Source of the DNA: Craspedostauros australis
Lineage: Eukaryota
Direction of reading: 5' to 3'
DNA: 64,000 nucleotides
Assembly: GCA_030167865.1 (NCBI GenBank)
Contig: JALAGF010005790.1
Location: forward strand, 1-64,000
Of the stretch, positions 24,979 to 36,800 are shown in pieces (position 1 is the first letter of the stretch; every line of letters begins with the position of its first letter). The notes below the pieces were generated by a model. The model made no database searches. It was given only the letters and a program-made list of their open reading frames with translations, and had not been told where the DNA came from. Both the position numbers and the translations under genes were made by a program.

Positions 24979-25259
24979 AGCAATAGATTCCTTAATATAA
25001 CTAATGGTTTTTGACTTTCTTACAACTAAACTACATAAAAGTTAGCTAATATATTATTATAAACAAAGATTGGCGAAATATAGTAATTAATTATTTTAAC
25101 AGGATAAATCTTTTTAAATTTCTAAAGGAAAAGAATTTTCATTTGATATATTGTCATTATAGTTGTCCTATATTATAATGATAATATGTATCTAATGAAG
25201 ATTCTTTTCCTTAGTTTCTTTTGACAAATTTAGCATTATTAATTAAAAAATTTAGAATT

Positions 25260-25562
25260 ATGGCAAAAAAAAGTATGATTCAGAGAGAAAAAAAACGGAT
25301 TCTATTAGAAAAAAAGTATGCAATAAAACGTGAAACACTTATTGAACAATATAAAAAGGAAATGAATTTTAATGTAAAATTAAATATTCATTCTGAGATT
25401 CAAAAATTACCCCGTAATAGTTCAAAAACACGAATTCAAAATAGATGTTGGAAAACAGGTCGTCCTAGAGGTGTATTTAGAGATTTTGGTTTATCACGAC
25501 ATGTTTTTAGAGAAATGGCACACCACTGTTTATTACCGGGTATAACAAAATCTAGTTGGTAA
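25260..25562 (+). CDS. rps14: ribosomal protein S14
   Basis: [21 protein letters not shown]. Confidence 0.97.
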   Translation: MAKKSMIQREKKRILLEKKYAIKRETLIEQYKKEMNFNVKLNIHSEIQKLPRNSSKTRIQNRCWKTGRPRGVFRDFGLSRHVFREMAHHCLLPGITKSSW

Positions 25563-25691
25563 TAATTTAATTTATTTATTTACTTAATTTCATCTATAAT
25601 CTTATATCAAACTTTTACTGTTTTTATTACAATTTATCATCCCATTTTTTTAGAATTAAAATAATTGTTAAAATAAATAGCAAAGTTTTCT

Positions 25692-25784
25692 ATGATTTCC
25701 GATTCACAAATCTATATAGCATTATGTATTAGTTTATTAGGTGCAATTTTTGCAATTCAGTTAGGTGTAACTCTTTATGACTAA
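25692..25784 (+). CDS. psaM: photosystem I subunit XII
   Basis: MISDSQIYIALCISLLGAIFAIQLGVTLYD. Confidence 0.92.
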   Translation: MISDSQIYIALCISLLGAIFAIQLGVTLYD

Positions 25785-25868
25785 TCTAGTAATAAGTCAT
25801 CAAATTATTATAAAAAATTTACAGAAACATTTTACGAATCTTATTAAAACTTAAAATAACAATAGTTT

Positions 25869-26930
25869 ATGGTTACAAAAAATTTAAAAAAATTTAATAC
25901 ACCTGTATTCCCTTTTACAGCAATAGTTGGTCAGGAAGAAATGAAATTAGCCTTACAATTGAATGTCATCGATCCTAAAATTGGTGGAGTTATGATTATG
26001 GGTGATCGAGGGACAGGAAAGTCGACAACTATTCGTGCGATTGCCGATTTATTACCAGAAATTGAAATTGTTAAAGATGATCCTTTTAATTCTCATAACT
26101 CCGATTTAGATCTAATGAGTAATGAAGTTAAATTAGCAATTCAAAATGAAAAAGAATTAGAAACAGAGTTTATTAAAATTCCAATGGTAGATTTACCATT
26201 AGGAGCAACAGAAGATAGAGTTTGTGGAACAATTGATATTGAAAAAGCATTGACTGAAGGAGTTAAAGCTTTTGAACCTGGTCTATTAGCAAAAGCAAAT
26301 CGCGGATTACTTTATGTAGATGAAGTAAATTTATTAGATGACCATTTAGTTGATATTTTATTAGATTCAGCTGCTTCTGGATGGAATACAGTAGAACGTG
26401 AAGGAATTTCTATTCGCCATCCGGCTCGATTTGTTCTTGTAGGCTCGGGGAATCCTGAAGAAGGAGAATTACGTCCTCAACTTTTAGATCGATTTGGAAT
26501 GCATGCTGAAATTCGAACAGTAAAAGATCCAATATTACGAGTAAAAGTAGTCGAAGAACGAACATCTTTTGATCAAACACCAATGGTTTGGATTGAAAAT
26601 TATGAATCTCAACAACAAGAATTACGCGATAAAATTATTTCGGCTCAAAGAATTTTACCAAACGTTGAAATTGATTATAATTTACGTGTAAAAATTTCTG
26701 AAGTTTGTAGTCAATTAGACGTTGATGGTTTACGAGGTGATATTGTGACAAATCGAGCAGCAAAGGCTCACGCTGCCTATAATGGTCGTGACAAAGTAAC
26801 TATAAAAGACATTGCAAAAATTATAACTTTATGTTTACGTCATCGATTACGTAAGGATCCTTTAGAATCTATCGATTCTGGTGATAAAGTTAATAAAGTT
26901 TTTAAAGAAATTTTCGAAATTGAAGACTAA
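25869..26930 (+). CDS. chlI: Mg-chelatase subunit I
   Basis: [22 protein letters not shown]. Confidence 0.99.
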   Translation: MVTKNLKKFNTPVFPFTAIVGQEEMKLALQLNVIDPKIGGVMIMGDRGTGKSTTIRAIADLLPEIEIVKDDPFNSHNSDLDLMSNEVKLAIQNEKELETEFIKIPMVDLPLGATEDRVCGTIDIEKALTEGVKAFEPGLLAKANRGLLYVDEVNLLDDHLVDILLDSAASGWNTVEREGISIRHPARFVLVGSGNPEEGELRPQLLDRFGMHAEIRTVKDPILRVKVVEERTSFDQTPMVWIENYESQQQELRDKIISAQRILPNVEIDYNLRVKISEVCSQLDVDGLRGDIVTNRAAKAHAAYNGRDKVTIKDIAKIITLCLRHRLRKDPLESIDSGDKVNKVFKEIFEIED

Positions 26931-27000
26931 AATAATAAATAATCTAGCCTACACTTTTAACTTTGAAGTGTAGGTAATCAATCAATCAATCAATAAGTTC

Positions 27001-27228
27001 ATGCTTAAATTAAAACTATTTGGTTATGCTATAAGTTTATGGTTAGTCGTTGTAATATATTTAAGAATTCCAGAAGAAAGTCGAGGCTTAACCAGTTTTG
27101 CTAATACAACTACTATTTTAGGTTCTCCAAGTTCAGCTCGACGGTTCTTAAATCTTTTGACTTTCATTAGTATAATTATTTATTTAGCAATAGCAATAAA
27201 TCTAAATTGTATTACTCTAATAATTTAA
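27001..27228 (+). CDS. secG: preprotein translocase SecG
   Basis: Two TM segments with RIPEESRGLTSF...LGSPSSARRFL. Confidence 0.8.
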   Translation: MLKLKLFGYAISLWLVVVIYLRIPEESRGLTSFANTTTILGSPSSARRFLNLLTFISIIIYLAIAINLNCITLII

Positions 27229-27519
27229 GAATTTCCTTCGTAAGTCTTTTATTATCCTCAATATCTTGATTTAGACTTTTCAAAATTTTCACCTTGAATT
27301 AAATTATAAAAATCAAAGAATTTATTAAAAAGTGATAAAAAACTGTGAACCTTTTCCAAATAAAGTTTAAAAATTTTTTATAAATTCTAAATAGCATTAT
27401 GTTTTTAATTTTAGGTTGCAATTCAAAATAAAAAAGTTATACTAAATTATCAGTGATTATTCCATCAATTGAAGTAAATTTAACTGTGATTAAATATCAG
27501 ATAATAGCTGAAAAAAATT

Positions 27520-30500
27520 ATGAAACAAACTATGAATTACATTAATGTTTTACCTGATTTTTTAGCAATGCAACGTGTAAGTTTTTGCTGGTTTATTACA
27601 CAAGGGCTTACAGAAGAACTTATTTCATTTTCACGAATTCACGATTTTACTGAAAATACTGAATATGTACTCTTTGGTGAAGAATATAATCTAGTTAAGC
27701 CTCCTTATAATCTATTAATTGCCCGTAAATATAGTGGGAATTACCGAGCTCAATTAGTAATTCCGGTAGAAATTCGAGACAAATCTATAAATAGTGTTCG
27801 TTTTCACAACCAATTTCCTATTATTACACTACCATTAATGACAACTTATGCTACTTTTATAATTAATGGATGTGAACGGGTAATTGTAAGTCAAATCATT
27901 CGTAGTCCAGGTATTTATTTTGAAAAGAATAAAAATCAAAAATTACGTCAACCATTTAAACGTAAATTATCAACAGATTTAATCAAATTACGTACATTTA
28001 CCCCATCCGGAGATGCTTTTATTTCAAACACAAATTTATTCTTTGCTTTCCCTATTACTCGTTTTGATAAAGAAAATAACCTTACATTAATTCCAAACTG
28101 GAAGACAATTTCAATTTATTATTACTCTTTATCTTATTTAAAACAGTTAAAGCCTAAAGCTTATTTTACTTTCTTACAATATTTAAAGTTGTATAAAATT
28201 TTTATAAATATACAGGACTTAAAATTAAAAAAAAAATTAATTAAAATTTGTATTAAATGGTTAAAATTAAAACAGAATTTTACGAAAATTAAGATCAACG
28301 TTAATTGTAAAAATTTAATACAATACTTTCAATTTTTAAGTACACTTCTATTGAAAGCTTCTCTTCGAAAACAATTTTCAAGAATCACTTTAAACCTGAC
28401 GAAACATCAAAAAAAACATTTAACTCAACTTCAATTATCCACTTTAAGTTCTATTTATAGTGAGTGGGTAGTCCAGTCCCAAATTACAACACACTTACAT
28501 TTAAGTGCAGATCTACTCTTAATTTTTAAAATTGAAAACTTATCTGTTTTTACTATCAAATATTTTCCATCTTTAAAAAGTAATTTGAACCAGACATTAA
28601 ATAATGTTATAAACCTTTTGATTTTAACTCAATTACCCAATTTTCAACCAACTATTTATTTTTCAAAAAGTTTAAAAGATTTGCGTAAGTATAGTTTTGG
28701 AAAAAATAAATTAAATTATAAACCAGAACGGCATAGATATTTAAAAACAAAAACTCAATTTCTTTTATATAGAAAAGATCATGAAATTAAGACAGCGTAT
28801 CAGAAAAAATATGAAAATAAAGATTTCTATACAGCAATTTTAATTCCCGAATATGGATCTTGGGTTCGGTTTGGATTTCAAAAAAATACGCAAATTAATT
28901 CCTATAAATACCCAATTAAAAATCTGGAAGATGAAGTTGTTATTCAATTAGACAAAATAAATTATAAACCCATTCTTTCGCTTTTAAAAGAAATCGGATT
29001 AACAGATTATGAAATTTTCCAAAATCTTGACTATCGAGATTTTTTTTATTTTAACAAACCTTTATTATTAAATGCATTTACTTTAAGTCAGCCTATTTCA
29101 AGATTTGAAGTCAGTATTAATTTTCTCAAAACCATCTCTGAATTTGAAAAAATTTTTGATCTAACATATTATCGTTTAGGTCGAATTGGAAGACTAAAAC
29201 TTAATAGTCGTTTAAATATACCGATTAGTCCACGAATTCAAGTAATTACTTACGAAGATATTTTTGCTATTATTGATAAACTAATTAGTTTAACTATTTC
29301 AAAAGATCTTCCAGACAATATTGATCATTTACAAAATCGGCGGGTTCGATCCATTGGAGAATTATTACAAAATTTATTTCGAATTGGTTTTCAACGATTA
29401 GTACGAAAGTTAAAGAATCAAACACATAAAAGTGAAGCAAGCCAAACTTTAAATTTTAATATTGTTAATGCTACAATTCGTGAATTTTTTAGTTCAAGTC
29501 AATTATCACAATATTTAGATCAAACAAACCCTCTTTCATCATTAACACATCGACGACGAATTAGTGGTTTAGGACCAGGTGGATTTGATCGTGATCGAAT
29601 TAGTTTTGCTGTTCGAGATATTCATCCTAGTCATTATGGTAGAATTTGTCCTATTGAAACACCAGAAGGTCAAAATGTAGGATTAATAGCATCTTTAACA
29701 ACCTGCGCAAGAGTAAATAAAAGTGGTTTTTTAGAAACTCCATTTTGGCGTGTTCTTAACGGGAAAATAATTAAGACAGGGAATCCAATCTATTTAACAG
29801 CTGATATAGAAGATTTTTATAAAATCGCACCTGCTGATCTTGCAACTAATAAAGAAAATTATCTTCTAAAAAATATTATCCCAGTTCGGTATAAACAAGA
29901 TTTTATAAATGTTACGCCTTTAGAAGTAGATTTTATTGCTATCTCAACAATTCAAATTGTTTCTGTTGCTGCTTCTTTAATACCTTTTTTTGAGCATGAT
30001 GACGCTAACCGTGCTCTTATGGGATCAAACATGCAAAGGCAATCGGTTCCATTAATTTTACCACAAAAACCTATTGTTGGAACAGGTTTAGAAAATCAGA
30101 TAGCAATTGATTCAGGTATGACCTTAACAGCTCAAAGCTCTGGTATTATCAATTTAGTAACAGCAAATAAAATTATAATTAAAAATGAGTCTGGTAAAAA
30201 AACAATTTATAAATTACAAAAATATTTAAGGTCGAATCAACAAACATGTATTAATCAACGACCAATTGTTTGGAAAGGTGAGCAAGTAAAATCCGGGCAG
30301 ATTTTAACAGATGGACCTGCAATTTCAAATAGCGAATTAGCGTTAGGCCAAAACGTTCTTATTGCTTATATGCCATGGCAGGGTTATAATTTTGAAGATG
30401 CTATTTTGATTAGTGAACGATTAGTTTATGATGATATTTTTACATCGATTCATATTGAAAGATATAAAATCGAGATTGATCAAACTTCGGATATGTTAGA

Positions 30501-31671
30501 AGAGATAACCAAAAATATTCCAAATTTAAGTACCCATGAAGTACAACACTTAAATTCAGATGGAATTGTTATGGTCGGTACTTTTCTTCATCCTGGCGAT
30601 ATCCTTGTAGGTAAAGTCATTTCAAATACTACTTCCGAACAATTACCAGAATCTAAATTATTACGAGCTATTTTTGGTGCAAAAGCTAAAGGAGTAAAAG
30701 ATAATTCTTATAGAATGTCAGATGGTGAGTATGGTCGTGTTATTGAAACAGTAACCTTCAATCGACAAACAAAAGTTAGTTATACATTTGAAAAGATTTA
30801 CGTGTTTATTGCTCAAATTCGAAAAATTCAAGTAGGTGATAAAATTGCAGGCCGACATGGCAACAAAGGAATTATTTCACGAATTTTAGCACGTCATGAT
30901 ATGCCTTTTTTACCTGATGGAACACCTATTGATATTATTTTAAATCCTTTAGGTGTACCGTCTCGTATGAATGTTGGTCAGTTGTATGAATGTTTACTTG
31001 GTTTAGCAGGTGATCGTTTAAATTCTCGATTTAAAATTTTACCGTTTGACGAAATGCATGGATTAGAGATGTCTCGTATTTTAATTAATAAAAAACTTCG
31101 TCAAGCCTCAATAAAAAATAACCAAAGTTGGTTATTTAATCCTTATGCACCAGGAAAAATGATTCTTATAGATGGTCGAACAGGTATTAAGTTTGAAAAT
31201 CCTATTACTGTAGGAAATGCTTATATGCTAAAATTAATACATTTAGTAGATGATAAAATGCACGCTAGAGCAACAGGACCTTATTCATTAATAACACAAC
31301 AACCATTGCGAGGAAAGGCTCAACATGGTGGACAACGGTTTGGTGAAATGGAAGTTTGGGCGCTAGAAAGTTTTGGAGCTGCATTTACGCTAAAAGAACT
31401 TTTAACAATTAAATCTGATGATATGCAAGGTCGAAATGAAACTTTAAATGCTATTGTGAAAAATCAGCAAATCCCACAATTTGGTATTCCTGAGTCTTTC
31501 AAAGTATTACTTCAAGAATTACGCTCGATTGGGTTAGATTTAAGTACTTATCAAATTGAAAAGTTTAGTATAGGCAAAAACTACGAGGTAGAAATTAATC
31601 TAATTGAAAAGTATAATGCTAGATCAAAAATTTTTTCTCCTACATCTACAATAAATGATATTTCATTTTAA
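27520..31671 (+). CDS. rpoB: RNA polymerase beta subunit
   Basis: GDKIAGRHGNKG; GQRFGEMEVWAL. Confidence 0.99.
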   Translation: MKQTMNYINVLPDFLAMQRVSFCWFITQGLTEELISFSRIHDFTENTEYVLFGEEYNLVKPPYNLLIARKYSGNYRAQLVIPVEIRDKSINSVRFHNQFPIITLPLMTTYATFIINGCERVIVSQIIRSPGIYFEKNKNQKLRQPFKRKLSTDLIKLRTFTPSGDAFISNTNLFFAFPITRFDKENNLTLIPNWKTISIYYYSLSYLKQLKPKAYFTFLQYLKLYKIFINIQDLKLKKKLIKICIKWLKLKQNFTKIKINVNCKNLIQYFQFLSTLLLKASLRKQFSRITLNLTKHQKKHLTQLQLSTLSSIYSEWVVQSQITTHLHLSADLLLIFKIENLSVFTIKYFPSLKSNLNQTLNNVINLLILTQLPNFQPTIYFSKSLKDLRKYSFGKNKLNYKPERHRYLKTKTQFLLYRKDHEIKTAYQKKYENKDFYTAILIPEYGSWVRFGFQKNTQINSYKYPIKNLEDEVVIQLDKINYKPILSLLKEIGLTDYEIFQNLDYRDFFYFNKPLLLNAFTLSQPISRFEVSINFLKTISEFEKIFDLTYYRLGRIGRLKLNSRLNIPISPRIQVITYEDIFAIIDKLISLTISKDLPDNIDHLQNRRVRSIGELLQNLFRIGFQRLVRKLKNQTHKSEASQTLNFNIVNATIREFFSSSQLSQYLDQTNPLSSLTHRRRISGLGPGGFDRDRISFAVRDIHPSHYGRICPIETPEGQNVGLIASLTTCARVNKSGFLETPFWRVLNGKIIKTGNPIYLTADIEDFYKIAPADLATNKENYLLKNIIPVRYKQDFINVTPLEVDFIAISTIQIVSVAASLIPFFEHDDANRALMGSNMQRQSVPLILPQKPIVGTGLENQIAIDSGMTLTAQSSGIINLVTANKIIIKNESGKKTIYKLQKYLRSNQQTCINQRPIVWKGEQVKSGQILTDGPAISNSELALGQNVLIAYMPWQGYNFEDAILISERLVYDDIFTSIHIERYKIEIDQTSDMLEEITKNIPNLSTHEVQHLNSDGIVMVGTFLHPGDILVGKVISNTTSEQLPESKLLRAIFGAKAKGVKDNSYRMSDGEYGRVIETVTFNRQTKVSYTFEKIYVFIAQIRKIQVGDKIAGRHGNKGIISRILARHDMPFLPDGTPIDIILNPLGVPSRMNVGQLYECLLGLAGDRLNSRFKILPFDEMHGLEMSRILINKKLRQASIKNNQSWLFNPYAPGKMILIDGRTGIKFENPITVGNAYMLKLIHLVDDKMHARATGPYSLITQQPLRGKAQHGGQRFGEMEVWALESFGAAFTLKELLTIKSDDMQGRNETLNAIVKNQQIPQFGIPESFKVLLQELRSIGLDLSTYQIEKFSIGKNYEVEINLIEKYNARSKIFSPTSTINDISF

Positions 31672-31682
31672 ATTAAAAACTT

Positions 31683-33776
31683 ATGACACAATTTATAAAA
31701 GAATTTGACTATTTAAAAATTAAACTTACTTCCCCTTTCAGGATTCTACAATGGTCTAATCGAAAATTACCAAATGGACAATTCGTGGGAGAAGTTCAAA
31801 AATCCGAAACCATTAATTACCGAACGTTTAAGCCTGAAATGGATGGATTATTTTGTGAACGTATTTTTGGACCAAGTAAAAGTTTAGAATGTGCTTGTGG
31901 TAAATATAAAAGAGTTCGTTATGAAGGTTTAGTTTGTGAAAGATGCGGAGTAGAACTTACCGAATCACGTGTAAGACGACATCGAATGGGGTATATTAAT
32001 CTAATTTATCCAGTAACACATATTTGGTATGTTAATAGTCGTCCAAATTTTATGGCACTATTGTTAGAAATTGAAGAATGTGAAAAGCGTTTAGACACCA
32101 CGTATACAATTCATTCAGAAAATTGTAAAAAATGTAATGGACTTAAATTAACTACATCAACCATTGTTGAATTATGGGACGAACGCATTAAACGAATTAG
32201 ATTAATTTCTTTAACATATTTTATAGCCGAAGATGAAATTTCATTTTATGGATTGCATTGGGATTTACAACAATATAGACGAAGTCGAGAATTAGGTTAT
32301 AGTGCGTATCCATTAAAACCATATCCAAAACCTAATAACAGACGCTATAATACACCAAAATATTTATTAAAAGCAACACCAAATTTTTTAGTAGGTGCTC
32401 CTTTAATTAAAAGAGAATTGGAAAAGCTTGATTTAAAATCAGAAATTTCGCGAACACGTTGCTTTATTTTAGTTTGTACAAAAATTTTAAATAAAGAAAA
32501 TCCAATTTATACAGAATCGAAATGGTTTCGTAAATGGGAACGTTTACGTATTTATAAAATTCGTGAACAAGCAATTAAAAGAATTCGGATTCTAGAGAAT
32601 TTACTTGGTACTGAATCAAGCCCTTCTTGGATGATTTTATCAATTTTACCAGTAATTCCTCCAGCTTTAAGGCCAATGATTCAATTAGAAGGTGGCAGAT
32701 TTGCCACTTCAGACTTAAATGAATTATATCGTCGAATTATTACCCGTAATAACCGTTTATTACGATTATTAGAAATTGATGCACCTCAACTTATTATTCG
32801 AAATGAGAAGCGTCTACTACAAGAAGCCGTGGATACGTTAATTGATAATGGTAAACGAGGCAAAATTGCTTTAAGTGCAAATAATCGACCTTTAAAATCT
32901 CTTTCTGATATTATTAAAGGTAAACATGGTCGGTTTCGACAAAATTTATTAGGTAAACGGGTTGATTATTCTGGGCGTTCAGTAATTGTGGTAGGTCCAA
33001 ATTTAAAATTAAACCAATGTGGTTTACCATATGAAATGGCTATTGAACTTTTCCAACCTTTTATTATTCGAGAATTAATAAATCAAGGTTCAGCAAGTAA
33101 TATGAAAATTGCTAAAAATTTAATTCAACAAACTGAACCAATCATTGATCCTGTTTTAGAAAAAATTTTATCACAACATCCAATTTTTTTAAATCGAGCA
33201 CCCACCTTACATCGTTTAGGAATTCAAGCTTTTGAACCTATTATTATACCAGGTCGTGCTATTAAGCTACATCCTCTTGTTTGTTCTGCTTTTAATGCTG
33301 ATTTTGATGGTGATCAAATGGCAGTACATATTCCACTTTCTATTGAAGCCCAGGCTGAATGTTATATGCTAATGCTAGCTCCTTATAATTTTTTATCACC
33401 TGCTAACGGTGAACCCATTATTATGCCTAGTCAAGATATGATCCTTGGTTGTTATTATTTAACGTTGGATAATATTAAAGGATTACTGGGCTCAAATCAT
33501 TATTTTGCTGATTTAAATGATGTTATCCTAGCATATCAACAAAATAAAGTTAATATTCATAGCGCAATTTGGGTTCGCTATAATGAAAATCAAATAGATC
33601 TACTAAATTTAAAAAATACTATTCAATTAAAAGATGAAACATCAATTGAATATTATTCTAATGCACAGATAAGAAAGAATCTGGATGGTAGTCATCGAAC
33701 TAAATATATTAAAACTACTACAGGCCGCGTAGTTTTAAATTATACGATTAAACAAACTTTAAACTTTTTTAACTAA
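31683..33776 (+). CDS. rpoC1: RNA polymerase beta' subunit
   Basis: NADFDGDQM. Confidence 0.99.
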   Translation: MTQFIKEFDYLKIKLTSPFRILQWSNRKLPNGQFVGEVQKSETINYRTFKPEMDGLFCERIFGPSKSLECACGKYKRVRYEGLVCERCGVELTESRVRRHRMGYINLIYPVTHIWYVNSRPNFMALLLEIEECEKRLDTTYTIHSENCKKCNGLKLTTSTIVELWDERIKRIRLISLTYFIAEDEISFYGLHWDLQQYRRSRELGYSAYPLKPYPKPNNRRYNTPKYLLKATPNFLVGAPLIKRELEKLDLKSEISRTRCFILVCTKILNKENPIYTESKWFRKWERLRIYKIREQAIKRIRILENLLGTESSPSWMILSILPVIPPALRPMIQLEGGRFATSDLNELYRRIITRNNRLLRLLEIDAPQLIIRNEKRLLQEAVDTLIDNGKRGKIALSANNRPLKSLSDIIKGKHGRFRQNLLGKRVDYSGRSVIVVGPNLKLNQCGLPYEMAIELFQPFIIRELINQGSASNMKIAKNLIQQTEPIIDPVLEKILSQHPIFLNRAPTLHRLGIQAFEPIIIPGRAIKLHPLVCSAFNADFDGDQMAVHIPLSIEAQAECYMLMLAPYNFLSPANGEPIIMPSQDMILGCYYLTLDNIKGLLGSNHYFADLNDVILAYQQNKVNIHSAIWVRYNENQIDLLNLKNTIQLKDETSIEYYSNAQIRKNLDGSHRTKYIKTTTGRVVLNYTIKQTLNFFN

Positions 33777-33801
33777 ATAAGTTACTTAGTCATTAGACTC
33801 T

Positions 33802-36800
33802 ATGAAAGATCATATTTATCAGAATACGTTAATTGGTAAAAAACAATTACGTCATTTATTAGCTTGGAGTTTTACTAATTATAATTCAATGCAAGCTTGT
33901 TATTTAGCAGATGAATTAAAATATTTAGGTTTTAAATATGCAACACAAGCAGGAATTTCTATTAGTCTTGAAGATTTAAAAGTTCCCTTCGTTAAAACTT
34001 TAATGATTAGTAAAGCTAATCAAGAAATTATAAATGCGGAAAAACTATATTTAAAAGGTAAAATTACTGATGTTGAACGATTTCAAAAAATTATTGATAC
34101 TTGGAGTTTAACAAGTGAATCATTAAAAGATCAGATTATCTATTATTTCAAAAATTATGATCCGTTGAATTCAGTTTATATAATGGCATTTTCTGGTGCG
34201 CGTGGTAATTTGTCTCAAGTTCGGCAATTAGTGGGTATGCGTGGATTAATGTCTGATCCAAGTGGGGAAATTATGAATTTACCTATTAAAAAAAATTTCC
34301 GTGAAGGTTTAACAATCACCGATTATTTAATGTCAGGTTATGGTGCACGAAAAGGTATTGTCGATACCGCTCTTAAAACCGCTAACTCTGGTTATTTAAC
34401 TCGGAGATTAATTGATGTAGCCCAGGATATTTTAATTCGTGAAAAAGATTGTTTAACTGAACATTCCTTTTTATTTAATCATTTATTAAGTGAAGAACAG
34501 TTTAATTATGATCAAATTTTAGGCCGTGTATTGAACAAACCAGTTTTAGATCCTGTAACTCAGAAAATTTTAATACGATCTAATACACAAATTACATCCA
34601 ATTTAATTGATGAATTAAAACAAAATAATATTATCAAGTTTTATATTCGGTCTCCATTAACTTGTAGTTTATACCGTGCTATTTGTCAACAGTGTTATGG
34701 TTGGGATTTAGCTAATGAAAACTTAATAGATATAGGTGAAGCTATTGGTATTTTAGCAGGTCAATCGATTGGAGAGCCTGGTACTCAATTAACAATGCGA
34801 ACATTTCATACGGGCGGAATTTTTACATCAGAAGCCCGACAACAGATTCTCAGTCCTATAAATAGTATTATCAGATATTATAAATTTTTAAAAACTGTTC
34901 TTCTAAGAACAAATCGTGGTGAAGATGTTTTAGTGAGTAAAAATAATGGTTCATTAATCTTAATTCCAGAAAATCCTCAGCACAAGGTAATTCAAATAAA
35001 TATTTTACGAAATACAATTCTTTTTCCTAAAAATAACCAATACATTTTGAAAGATACAGTTATTGGAGAATTAATTAATAAAAATAAGCAAATTAGAATA
35101 GAAATAAAACCAATTGTGAGTAATGATTCTGGAGAAATTTATATCCCTAAATTAAAGAAAAAGCTCAATTTATTAAATCAAGATAATAAATTAATATGGC
35201 TTTTAGCCGGACAGTTATATAATAGTCCTAAATATTCTTTTGTAAATTTCTATTCTGATTATAAGTTAAATACTGCTAGTTATATTTTTCGTACAAAAAT
35301 TATTAATCATTACAATGCTTTCATCGCTTGTTTAAATTCAAAATCAACTTTGTATGAAAGGAATTTAAAATTAAAAAATATAAAATATTTTTGGAAGACT
35401 GCTTCATTAACTCTACTAGAACAAAAGTTAGAATTAAGAAATTCTCTTTTACAGATAGATGGATTTAAATATTTAGTTAACATTAAGAAAAATTCAAATA
35501 AATATTTTTTACAGTTAACCCGAAATGAACAATTAGGACAATTAATTACAAACTCATTTCAAACCCAAACAGGTGGTATTATTTATTATGATTATCAGAC
35601 TATCAGTAAAAATCAGAATAACCATATTACATACGTTCCAAATTTGTCCAGCAAAAATATTTGCTCTCCAATTGTCCTATATAGAACAATTATTTGGTTA
35701 CAAGAAGAAATTCATAGAGTAAATTGTGAACCAAAAATTTTACTAGTGGAGCATGGTGATGTAATTTCTAAAAATCTAGAATTAATTCCAGGCTTATTTT
35801 CAAAAACATCTGGCTTTGTAATTCTTCGATTAAAAAATAATCTTGTGAAAACTATTACTATTAAATCTGGAGCAGTTTATAAAGGAGGTAAAGGGAAGAA
35901 TTCTATTAAAAAATTATATTACCCTGGTGAAATTATTTTTTCTAATATTGTTGCTAAAACACTTTCTTTTTGCGAACAAATTATTGGAAAAAAATCAAAA
36001 CAACTTGTTGTTCGGCCAATTCAGTTTTATGAAATTTCTTATTTAAAGCGCTTACCTACAACGTTAACGAATAATAATAGTTTAACGAAACTTTTTTCTC
36101 TGCAAACCTTAAAAAGTTATGTTTATAAACCAAATCAAATAATTCAAGGCATTCAACCATTAAATCTTCTAGTAATAAGCTTATTATTTAAATTAACCAA
36201 ATTATTTACACAAAATACAACCTTACAATTAGATAATCTAGGTTATAAGAAAGAAATAAACTTAATAGTTTATGAAAAAGTCTCGTTAACCAATTATGTT
36301 CTACCATACTTAAAAAATAAAGATATTAGTTCATGCTTTTTATTACAACCTAAACAATTTGTAAGTCAGTATACAGTTTTAGGGTATTTAGAATCTATAA
36401 CAAAAAACTCTTTAGAAATTATTAAATTTAGAATTAAAACTTCTCGAACAAAACAAATTTTATTAATTTCAAATAATGAATGTTTAGTAGTACCAAAAAA
36501 AAATTTATTTGATAAAAAATTAAATGATTTTATCTTAACAACTGAGAAAGTTAAACAAAGTGGTAAAATCATTTTTGAAAATAAAGATTTTTTCACTGTT
36601 CAAAAAGGTCGATCATATTTTTTTCCAAACTGTCAAACTAATGATTTAAACTCAATAATTAATTTACAGTATAAATTTGTTGCACCAAATCGTAGTAAAT
36701 CTAGATTTAAAACATTACGAAATATTGGACTCAACTATAAAAATATTCTAAAATTTTTAGTTCAACGTCCTACTCAATCTATGACTAAAGTACCTTCTCA